Translations under genes and position numbers: made by a program | The notes under the pieces: model-generated | The model's database searches: none | Told to the model about the DNA's origin: nothing | What the model saw: the letters and a program-made list of their open reading frames with translations, nothing else | In this document: positions 9,500 to 19,091 of the stretch, one piece after another | Position numbering within the stretch: position 1 is the first letter of the stretch | Layout: each line of letters opens with the position of its first letter | NCBI GenBank assembly: GCA_051942205.1 | Contig: JAVECO010000105.1 | Location: 62,001 to 82,094, forward strand | DNA length: 20,094 nt | Reading direction: 5' to 3' | Source: Coniocarpon cinnabarinum | Lineage: Eukaryota

Positions 9500-10686
9500 A
9501 TGGAGGCCGAGCGCGTCTATTTTCGCAGACCCACTCAGACCGCCACCATATCCCCTTCTCCCAATACCGCATTCAAGCGCAAACCCGTCGTTCCTCGACA
9601 AGTTGACGTTGCTCCTTCCAAAAGCCAGCCAGGGCGCCACGACAGTGTATGTCCGCACTGCGGCGCAAATGAGGACCGGGACACTCAACAAGATGGAAGA
9701 AGCTCCACTCTGGCTGCAGAATCCCAACGGCGCATCTCAGAGCTGGAGGCCGAAGTTAAGAATTTGACGGAGAAAGCGACCGCGGCAGGTAAGCACCTTC
9801 CGAAGCGCAATGGACAAGGACTGTAACGGGTACATGTCGCGCGCACAAGGATAAATGCTATGCCTTACCGTCTCCTCCGCACTATATCTTTAGTATGCTC
9901 ATTCACCTGCTAATCGACATCACAGCGGATAAGCTGGCAGACTATGAAGACGAGCTTCGAAAATTAAAGGCCGCGCAAACCAGAGTGCCTTCCCCACAGC
10001 CACCAGCCGCAAATGATTACACGCCATCCCCTTCATCCACAACAGAAAACCTGGAGAAAATCACGGAAGAAGAAGACACGGTCCCAGCTCTGTCTGCGCC
10101 TCCACCTCCACAGCAGATACAGGCTACGCGGCCTGGTGGTCTCGGGCGCGCCCTCACCACCACCAGAATCACGAATTTCCTCGCAGCTCGCCGTGCATCG
10201 CCAGCCTCTCAGACGGCGTCACCCATATCACCAACAAACAACAACACTGGCATTTCGCCTGCAAATGAAAGTGACCTCAGTGCGCGTCTCTTGGAGTCGG
10301 AGAAAGGTCGCGTCGCAGCTGAGAAGAAGTTAAAAGAGACAAATCTGGAACTGGAAGAGCTTTCGGCATCGCTGTTTCAGTCCGCCAACGAAATGGTAGC
10401 GAACGAGCGACGACAGAATGCCGAGCGGGAGGCGCAGGCAGAGCAAAGAGCGACGGAGCGCGAAGATCAGTGGCAGCAGTGGCAGAAACATGTCAAGAAG
10501 AACGAGCAGTCTGCTGCGACGAGGACCAAGAAGCTCGAAGAGAAAGTGAAGAAGCTAGAATCGCGAGTGCAGGTTCTGGAGGATCGAGAGAAGGCCAAGG
10601 CGGAGCGTCTGGAGCGACTCGAGATGGCCATGAAACGTACGGCGAGAATCAGAGATATGTTACAGCCTATGTCGGCTCCTGGTTGA
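9500..10686 (+). CDS. Sec2p-domain (Rab GEF-like) coiled-coil protein, 349 aa; exons 9500..9788 and 9926..10686
   Basis: Sec2-like motif 'ELEELSASLFQSANEMVANER'. N-terminal CPHCG, then the coiled coil 'QRRISELEAEVKNLTEKATAA-A-DKLADYEDEL' after splicing. Exons sum to 1050 nt. The start codon is uncertain. Confidence 0.82.
9789..9925 (+). other. Intron of the Sec2-domain gene (137 nt)
   Basis: Donor GTAAGC, branch GCTAAT at 9909-9914, acceptor CAG. Joins the two ORFs in frame. Confidence 0.9.
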
Positions 10687-11036
10687 GAAGGTTGTTGGTT
10701 TATGAAAATTCATGTGGTGATGAACGCGGGACTATGTACGTTGAGTTTTTGTATGACGAACGGAGACATGAATGACACGATCTGTACCGCTTGGTTCGCA
10801 AGGTCGTAGCTTTCGGCATTTTGTCGAGCCTCCTATTGCGAATGTAGAATACCCACAGATATACAGCGCACTTATAGGTGAGTGCTTGTGCAATCGATCG
10901 TCTTGAAGGCTTGCACTCATTGGGGCAGGGTGCAGAGAATGTATATCATCAATCGATTCAAGTGTCATCGTAGATTTTACTTACTCACGATTATTGTCTC
11001 TATAGTGCGAAACTCGACCATCGTGTGTCCCGATGC

Positions 11037-12770
11037 ATGTCGATGAGACCATGTCATCGGACGACTTGTCTATGTCGAGCCGCCGGACAACCTGGCAGTT
11101 TGTGCAGACTATTTCGTCGCCGTCTTCTTTCGGTTGGCAGTGAGGCAAAGGCTTCGCAAAGATGGCTATCATGTGGAAACAGGCATTTGCAACATGCCTC
11201 TGGCGCAAGGCGCGCCGAAGTAACTCATACTGATGACAAGACTGATGCAGATGTTGAGAGTAATGACGCACAAAGCGCTCGTGTTGCCAACTCCACAGCA
11301 AATGATGCTGAACTCGAAGAACGTGCTTCCGAGGCAAGTTCAAAGACGCAGATCGAAAGAGAAGGCTCTTTGACACAGAGGGTTTCGTCATTCAGACTTC
11401 CCAAGGGCAAAACTTATTCTATTCCAGAGCCTGAGCTTTTCCAGGAAATGTCACGCAAGCAAATACGGTCACGAGTACAAGGCAAGATGGAGAACGAAAT
11501 ACCCCGAGCCGCATGGTTTGCTGGTCGCACCGCTCCACCCTTACTTTTGACATTCGACGCTTTTGACACGTTGTACACACCCAAAGAGCCTGTGCCGAAG
11601 CAATACGTCGAGATCGCAGCCAGATTGGGGTACCAAGTTACTGAAGAGCAGATTCAACCCGAATTCAAGAAAGCGTTCAAGGCGGTCTCAGAGCAGTATC
11701 CCCGTCAAGGTCGCGACGTTATCAAATACCGCGAATGGTGGGCTAAGGTCATTGAGAAGACATTTGAAACATTCAAAAATTTTCGCAGACCGTGGCCGGA
11801 CCCTGATCTCGTCGACAGACTGTTTGAACACTTCTCCTCCAGGCAAGGCTACACGCTCTTCCCAGATGTATCAGAGCTGTTCTCGCTGATCGGAACGGCC
11901 TGGCAAGCAAAGGAATGGGCTCCAAAAAGGACGATGTTGGGCGTTGTCTCCAATTCAGATCCACGAGTCCGACCGATCCTTAGATCGTTTGGCCTTCAGG
12001 TAGACAATCCTGGTCTGTTCCCGCCACGATATGCTCCTGAGCATCGCAATGACATCCCAAATTTCGGACCCGCCGGTCTCTCATTCACCACCATCTCCTA
12101 CGAATGTGGATACGACAAGCCTGATGAAAGAATATATGATCAAGCTGTGCAAGATGCACAGAAAGCGCTTGACAGCCTTGATGCCTCGCGCCGACTTACA
12201 AGATCTGGCTTGGAGTTGCTCACGAACATTCGCGACGAGTTTCAATTCCTGCACGTGGGAGACAACCTGGAAAAAGACGTGCTGCCAGCATTCCGTCGTG
12301 GTTGGGATGCTGTGCTTCTCGACAGAACAGCGGAAGAAGCTGTCAGTGAGCGCGTCGTGGACTCCTCAGGTCTCAAGGTGACCGTCGTTAACAGCCTCTT
12401 GCACATCGCACAAGTAGCGACCAAGGAGCGCATGCTAGCAGGGCTGGAGACACGGCTCGGGCACAGCATTCGCCCGGTCGAGCACGAACCGGATGCGACT
12501 GATCCACTGCAGGACCTTTCCGCATTACGGAGACAGCGACGAGAACGCAAAGCCCCTCGTAAAGGAGATTTGAAGCCTGTTCCGGCGTCAACATCGCATG
12601 ACACTGCTGAGGCTACCGCGCAGACGCTTGGCGCTCATGAGAAGTCAAGAGAACGCGGTTGCCGTGCTATCCGAAGCACGCCGGCTCGCAGGGAGGCGGG
12701 ATCAGAGGATCACGCCAACGCTCAAATTAGAGACGCAGACACTCCGGAGGATCCAAGGAACCAATTTTAA
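11037..12770 (+). CDS. HAD-superfamily hydrolase, HDHD3/REG-2-like, with probable mitochondrial presequence
   Basis: Motif I 'LLLTFDAFDTLY', motif II 'GVVSNSDPR', motif III 'KPD', motif IV 'HVGDNLEKD'. Arg-rich, nearly acid-free N-terminus. ATG at 11037 or 11043. Confidence 0.88.
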   Translation: MSMRPCHRTTCLCRAAGQPGSLCRLFRRRLLSVGSEAKASQRWLSCGNRHLQHASGARRAEVTHTDDKTDADVESNDAQSARVANSTANDAELEERASEASSKTQIEREGSLTQRVSSFRLPKGKTYSIPEPELFQEMSRKQIRSRVQGKMENEIPRAAWFAGRTAPPLLLTFDAFDTLYTPKEPVPKQYVEIAARLGYQVTEEQIQPEFKKAFKAVSEQYPRQGRDVIKYREWWAKVIEKTFETFKNFRRPWPDPDLVDRLFEHFSSRQGYTLFPDVSELFSLIGTAWQAKEWAPKRTMLGVVSNSDPRVRPILRSFGLQVDNPGLFPPRYAPEHRNDIPNFGPAGLSFTTISYECGYDKPDERIYDQAVQDAQKALDSLDASRRLTRSGLELLTNIRDEFQFLHVGDNLEKDVLPAFRRGWDAVLLDRTAEEAVSERVVDSSGLKVTVVNSLLHIAQVATKERMLAGLETRLGHSIRPVEHEPDATDPLQDLSALRRQRRERKAPRKGDLKPVPASTSHDTAEATAQTLGAHEKSRERGCRAIRSTPARREAGSEDHANAQIRDADTPEDPRNQF

Positions 12771-13489
12771 GACGTGTGGATGCATGCACCCATTGAGATC
12801 AAATTAGCAGAGATGCATACGCTTGTTGGCGTGGAGAACTGGACGCTCACTAGCCATGTCCAAAGGCTGCAAGAAGCAACATCAACCGCTCTGAGTAAGT
12901 TGCCGCTGGACCTGGCCCTTGCGACCATGGCCGCGCCGTCACTCAGCAGCCGGCGCTTGGACTGGCACGACTGTACTGGCCACCCATCCGGTCTTTCCCC
13001 AACGAAGCCGCTTTCGGGGCCAATTTGGACACTAGCCTACCCGCTCTAAGTCGTCGACTACCTGGAGCACTCTGCTTTTCCTCACCTTCAACTTACATAC
13101 TTGGTACCGACAGCGCTCCGATCCACCCAACACATCTCCAGTGTGCCGCGTTCCAACACGACCGCTGCCGAAGCGTCTGCCAAGTAATGAAGACCCACAC
13201 GCAGTGGGCGAACATGAGGATGCAGAGGATCGCTCTCACCCGTCTTACAATGTCTAAGCCGCATCCTCTGTCGTGCTTCGCTACTTATATGTATGTGCTC
13301 TGCGTGCTTTCCGTGAATTTCTGCGTGACTCGCCCTTTATTTTCCCTTCTGTAACACATTCTTTCTCTGATTTCAAAGTCGTTCACTTCCCAGTCGACTA
13401 GTCTTTCATTTATCTTCATTATTTACAATTTTCCCACAGTACTGTACGATTGAGCATAATCAAGCAGCGACCTTTTTGTTTCCCGCTCC

Positions 13490-15385
13490 ATGGCTAGTAA
13501 AAAATCCCTCTTCAGTATCATTGCGTGGCTTGCGTTGACGGAAGCCTCACCTCGTGTCAATCCACTCAAAACTCTTGCTCGACGCCAGGCCAGCTCTTCT
13601 GCAACATGTCCTGATTTCAATCCCACCGAGGCCAATCTCGGCGATTTGACAGACTTTGCAGACCCTGGGTTGATTAAAGTTGACGACTCGCATTGGTATG
13701 CGTATTCCACCGAATATCCCGGTACTCCCACTCCCGCACATGTACCCATTGCGGTGTCAGAAGACTTGATATCATGGACGCGTGTTACAAACAGCACCGG
13801 CGGTCTCAAGGATGCCATGCCCTCTTTGCCTTCATGGGTCAATGGCACAGGTAGCCCAGGCTACACAGGATCAGACTACCTGGATCCGGGTGTCTGGGCG
13901 CCAGATGTCGCATATTGGAATGGGCAGTACTCCTTGCTCTTCTCTGCATTCCAGGGAAACCACACGGAGCACTGTATCGGTGTCGCCACGTCCTCGGATC
14001 CTGAGGGGCCCTTTACTCCCACGAGCGACCAGGAACCTCTCATCTGTGTTCCTTATTGCGAGGGTGGCGATATCGACGCCTCGCAATTCCACGACCCTGT
14101 GACTGGCAACTACTACGTCACTTACAAGATCGACGGTGGCTCTATCAACGCCACAGACACGACATGCTCGACAGGGAGCCACTCATTCAGCGAGGATAAC
14201 CCGATCCGTACCCCTCTCATTTTGCAACAGGTCGATCCGTCTTCTTGGACCTTGATTGGGCAAGCCAGCACTTTGCTGGAGAACATGGGCTCTGATGAAG
14301 CATACAATATTGAAGCACCCAGTCTGGTCTATATACCACCCAAAGATGGAAGCAGTGTAGCATCCGCCGCTGGTACGTCAGCAGCGACGACCTCAAACTC
14401 AGAAGCCGGTCCAGCTACCGCACTGAAAGCCGTTGACGATGCAGAAGCGACCGGTGATGCTACAGCTGCACAAACCGCGGTTCCGACGACCTTGCAGAGG
14501 CGTCAGCAGCCCGCGCCTGTGTCTGATGACTGCACAGACGAGGCCGGTGCCCCTAGCGCAAGCAACCCTGGTGCAAGCGCAGCCATCGGTGCCTCAGGCG
14601 CAAGTGGCGCTGGACCAACAGTCGCTGGAGAAACGAGTGCACCTCTGAACCCAACGAGCCTGGTTCAGCACGGGAATGCGCCCAGCGCCAGTGGTCAGAG
14701 TCAAACCGGGCTGCAGCCTTCCAATGCTGGCGGCGCTCCTTCAAGCTATCCTCCGGCCTACCCAACGACGGGTCCTATAACTGGTACTACCAGCTCGAGT
14801 AGTTCCAGTACCTCTAGTGGCTCCGGCTCATCACCGTCATCACCGTCCAACCCCTCTGGCGACAAGGGCTTGTGGGTCCTCTTCTTCTCCGCTGGCTTCT
14901 TCTCGAATTCATCATACCACACTGGGTACGCCATCTCGACCGACGGCATCACGGGAGAGTTCAAGCGTCAACCAAATCTGCTTTCGTCTGGCGACGGCGG
15001 GCTCTTTGCTCCTGGCGGCTTGACGGCCACAGGCACCGACCGGGACTACCGTGAGTTCGCCTGGAGCGGTGACCATGCTGTGGCCGAGGTGGTGTATCAC
15101 GCGGGCCACGCGGCGCCGGAAGGAACACGAAAATTGTACTCGGGCCAGGCGATCTGGGATGGGCAGCAAATGAGCATTGCGAGTGCGGACGGAAAAAGCA
15201 CTTGTAAGGATTCTGAGGATGAGACGACGGGGACGCAGACCAATGCAAAGGCGGATCTCAATGCGAATAAGAAAATGACGGGTGTTAGCGGGGGCAGTGC
15301 ATCTGGAAACTCGTCGAGTGCTGCGTCGCAGAGCACTCAGAGCACTGCGACTTCGTTGGGGAGTGCGCAGATGACATCTGCGTGA
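13490..15385 (+). CDS. Secreted glycoside hydrolase family 43 (arabinanase-like five-bladed propeller), 631 aa, with a large internal insert and S/T-rich tail
   Basis: Signal peptide 'MASKKSLFSIIAWLALTEA'. Catalytic triad motifs FADP (Asp at 13661), GGDIDAS (Asp at 14075) and IEAP (Glu at 14312). Also WAPDV and APGG. Confidence 0.9.
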   Translation: MASKKSLFSIIAWLALTEASPRVNPLKTLARRQASSSATCPDFNPTEANLGDLTDFADPGLIKVDDSHWYAYSTEYPGTPTPAHVPIAVSEDLISWTRVTNSTGGLKDAMPSLPSWVNGTGSPGYTGSDYLDPGVWAPDVAYWNGQYSLLFSAFQGNHTEHCIGVATSSDPEGPFTPTSDQEPLICVPYCEGGDIDASQFHDPVTGNYYVTYKIDGGSINATDTTCSTGSHSFSEDNPIRTPLILQQVDPSSWTLIGQASTLLENMGSDEAYNIEAPSLVYIPPKDGSSVASAAGTSAATTSNSEAGPATALKAVDDAEATGDATAAQTAVPTTLQRRQQPAPVSDDCTDEAGAPSASNPGASAAIGASGASGAGPTVAGETSAPLNPTSLVQHGNAPSASGQSQTGLQPSNAGGAPSSYPPAYPTTGPITGTTSSSSSSTSSGSGSSPSSPSNPSGDKGLWVLFFSAGFFSNSSYHTGYAISTDGITGEFKRQPNLLSSGDGGLFAPGGLTATGTDRDYREFAWSGDHAVAEVVYHAGHAAPEGTRKLYSGQAIWDGQQMSIASADGKSTCKDSEDETTGTQTNAKADLNANKKMTGVSGGSASGNSSSAASQSTQSTATSLGSAQMTSA

Positions 15386-16662
15386 TGTGTTGGGTGGAGA
15401 GATTTTGACATGACATAGAGATACCGTTTACATTTGTCGGGCTATATGAGCATTTGGATTGGCTATGGGATGTTGTATATGGCTGTATTATATGATTTAG
15501 AATCGAAGACCAGCATGATTGACCACTACACTACAGCATCCCTCTGTGAGCACACGCGTGGAGCAGGTAGCTTGTGCAGCGACGGATTGATTGGTCAGCA
15601 TCCGTTTTGAAGTAGTGACCAATGACTACCTGTACTGTTATGTGGCCAGGTCATTCCAATCATGATGAATAGCGCAGAAACGCACTCCGGCATAGCACGT
15701 GCCATTATCTGGGGAGGATTAATGATGGATTCACGATGGATCGACGATGGACCCACTTCATTTCAATGCCCCCGAAATAGCAACGGGCGGGCCCTGACAT
15801 GGCGTGGGCGAGCGAGGGAGCGCGGCGTTCAGAGCGATGGAAGTTGTCAGGAGTCGATAAGTCCGTGCGTGCAAGACCACGGCACGTGCTGGAAGGCACG
15901 TGACTGACAAACTCCGATAGACTCGTCATCAGATACCGCAACAGGAAATGATGGAGACAGGTGAAACGTATCCACCGGCGCGACCGTGCCGCCTCCAACG
16001 CTCCAACGATCATTCCCTTCCTCTTCACCTCCACCCTCTCTCCTGCATACCCAATAAGTGGACTTGTGCTCGCCAACGTGGAAGCATATCGTTGCTCTCA
16101 AATTACGAGCAAGAGGACATCTGGCGACAATGACGTCGACTCACGCGTACACGTCCGAGTCCATCATTGACAGCGTCAAAGCGTCTACCGCGGCGTATAT
16201 CACACGCTCACACGCTCACACGGCTCCCATACTTGTCCAACTCACGTCTAGATCGTCGCTGCCGCCGCCCGTCTTTGCAATAGCGGTCAGCGACACGGCC
16301 GCACAGCCTTCTCGCCGAGCCATTCGCACCCGTCTCCGTAATGATTCTCACATCATGCGGCACCCTTCCTTCCGCCAAGGGGTAAGAATCCTGTGACGTC
16401 TGTCCCTAGAACGCCGTGGCGCTTGGCTACACGTTTGTTTCACGTCTATTAGACTCTCGTCTCTCTCCTGCTGTAGACCTGCGTGCTTCTTGCATGAACA
16501 TGTCTTCCTAGGTCCTCTCTTCCATTCGTTTATTCATTCACTCGTTTGACAAGTCATTCATTTGGAAAGAGAGAGCCGCGTCTTTACGTGGGATCCAAGT
16601 CTCATTTACAACTTCATCCTTGTCACTGATTTACTTCCCTGTCAGCACACATAGCGACACCC

Positions 16663-18425
16663 ATGCATCTCAAGTACCTCTCCAGCGCTCTCGCCCTCAT
16701 CGGCGCGGCACATGCCTGGCTTCCCAACGAAGTCCAAGGTGGTCGTCTCTACGGTCGGGACCTCCCTCACGCCCCCGGCAAGACGCTGCGCGGTCGTCAA
16801 GGCCGAAACCTCTTCGAAAGGCGCCAGGCGCAGCAACAAGCAGCCCCACCGCATTCCAGCAACCCTCTCGGCGGTCCTGGATCTGCTCCGGTGACCACAA
16901 CAATTCCCACTGGCACTGCGAAAACCGGTGGTGGCGGTTACGGCTCTACGAATGATCCTTCGGCGACTTCGTCCATGTCTGCCACTGCCGTCGGTTCGAA
17001 CCCAGACGCCCGACCGACGCCGTTCGAGTCATCGTCCATCCGTGGTGTCAACCTTGGTGGACTGTTCGTCTATGAACCCTGGATGTAAGGCTTTTGTTGT
17101 GCCCTGCCTGTCCTCGGAGTGCTGATGCTGACCGCTGATCTTTCAGTGCACAAGACCTATGGAATGCCACCGATTGCAAGGGTACAGACTCAGAATGGGC
17201 CTGTGGTTCCAAGGTTGGCCAAGATGCCGTCAATAAGATCTTTCAGAACCACTGGGCAACATGGTACACCCAAGACGACTTCGATCAGATGGCGCATCAT
17301 GGACTGAACACCGTTCGTATTCCAACCGGCTTCTGGAGTAAGTCACACCCGGCAGGCTTCACTATGACCCATGACACCAATGATCTGTCGTCGCTGGGTC
17401 CTTCTGCAGTCGTCTTTTACCACACATCTAGGTTGTTGAGGACTGCATCCAATGCACATGACAATTTGCGTTGAGACTACAAAGCTGACCCTACGCGCAC
17501 CGCAGTGTATGAAGACATCGTCCACCGCCCCGACGAACCCTACCCCCAAGGCGGTCTCGAAGCCCTCGCCAAAATCTGCGCCATGGCCAAAACAGCCGGG
17601 CTCTACATCATCCTCGACATGCACGCCGCGCCCGGTGTGCAAGCCTCCAACAACTCCTTCGCCGGCAAGGTGACAGAGGACACCGAATTCTACAACACGG
17701 CCACTGACAACTACAAGCGCGGGGAGCAGTACCTCGGCTGGATCACGAAACAAGTGCACGCGGACCCACGCTTCTCGAATGTCGGCATGCTTGAGGTTGT
17801 GAATGAGCCTTTACAGAGCCAGCCAGATCAGACGGGCAGTATGATTTCGAGTTTCTACCCAGATGCTATGAAGGCTATTCAGGATGCCGAGAAGAATGTG
17901 GATGAGGCTGAGAAGCTGACCGTCATGTTCATGGATAGCGCGTGGGGAGCGGGCGACGCTGCGTCTTCTGGCATTCAAACAGTCAATACGGCATACGACG
18001 ACCACCGCTACCTCAAGTGGGCCCTGTCAGACAGCGAACAAAACCCCACCGCCTACGCGTCGGCAGCCTGCTCCGACAGCCGAACAAAGGGGCAACAAGG
18101 CCTCCCTGTGGTAGTCGGCGAATGGTCACTCTCAGCACCACTCGACAACAGCCAAGCACAGTCCTGCCTATGGAATCCAGACGACAACATCGACTGGTAC
18201 AAGGGATGGTTCGCCGCGTCCATGGCGGCATACGAGGCCGGTGCGGGCTGGATCTGGTGGACGTGGAAGACGAGCGGCCTCAATGATCCGAGATGGGATT
18301 GGACCATTGCGGTCAGCAAGAAGATCATTCCCGCCCAGGTGACGGGAGTCGATTGGACGGCCAGTGCCAGTAGTTGGTGTGCGACTGCTACTACAGCGGC
18401 GCCGCAGATGACGTGTTCACAGTAG
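16663..18425 (+). CDS. Secreted GH5 glucan endo-1,6-beta-glucosidase (ExgB-like, probably GH5_15), 510 aa; exons 16663..17084, 17147..17337, 17506..18425
   Basis: Signal peptide ending AHA|WLP. Motifs 'IRGVNLGGLFVYEPWI', 'GLNTVRIPTGFWM', 'YIILDMHAAPG', acid/base 'VGMLEVVNEP', nucleophile 'VVGEWS', 'GWIWWTWK'. Exons sum to 1533 nt. Confidence 0.92.
17085..17146 (+). other. GH5 intron 1 (62 nt)
   Basis: Donor GTAAGG, branch GCTGAC/GCTGAT, acceptor CAG. Joins 'EPW-I-AQDLW'. Confidence 0.92.
17338..17505 (+). other. GH5 intron 2 (168 nt)
   Basis: Donor GTAAGT, branch GCTGAC at 17484-17489, acceptor CAG. Joins 'GFW-M-YEDIV'. Confidence 0.92.
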
Positions 18426-19091
18426 TTTGACCTCGTGTACTTGTCTACAAGTGCATGAGAAGTTTCCTTGACGCCGAGATTGTTGCCGAGTTTGGCGGGG
18501 GGCCGTCACGATTCTTGTGGTTTTCTTGGGCATCGTGCGATGTCGCATCGGTTTGATGCTCTTTCCTGATATAGCGCAATGCCGTCTTTGATGTAGCTCT
18601 TCATGTTACCTCAGAGGGTGGAGGCAGGAACCAAGCGCAGAACGTCTTAATCCTGATACCCATGATTTCAGTCCAATACGCTGGGATGTCTGGGGAATTG
18701 TGCGGGACCGTCGACGACAAGGTGCTTCCTCTGGATCGCAAGATTATCTGCTGCATGGTTAACAGGCTATGCAGCTTTGACCTCGTCCAGCTTGCAAGTT
18801 ACTGTGCACTTGACTAAGCTGAGACGAACCTTCAGGGACTCGAGGTGTGTTCTTAGGCATCCTTGAGCTTGGTCTGAAGTATCATCGCATCTGCCACCGC
18901 GAAAAGGGATGAACACGCTTGATGTCCCGATGCACATGCAGCGCCTAAAATCAATATCAACAGTCCTTGAATCAGTTTGCCATTGGATACTGCTATAATC
19001 TTTCGGAACATCGCTTTGCTCGCTTCGTTTTTGACTCCCTTCAAATGGCGTCTCTATTTGCTTTTCCAACCATTTCCTTCCCGTATCCTTC

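Noticed and set aside
13291..13439. Possible intron upstream of GH43 (GTATGT … CCCACAG) linking ATG 13250
   Set aside because: Splicing does not put ATG 13250 in frame with GH43 and the branch site is weak. A 5'-UTR intron cannot be supported without transcripts.
14373..14808. GH43 insert as an intron (GTACGT donor-like at 14373)
   Set aside because: The acceptors I checked near the insert end (14793, 14808) are out of phase and lack a clear CTRAY, and the insert is stop-free with linker-like composition. RNA-seq is still needed to exclude it fully.
15662..16396. Several 60-123-aa ORFs between GH43 and GH5
   Set aside because: No recognisable domain and mutually overlapping on both strands. 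Treated as intergenic/promoter DNA.
18430..19069. Minus-strand short ORFs as a transposon or gene relic
   Set aside because: No transposase, RT or other motif that I can recognise. BLASTX/Dfam would be needed.
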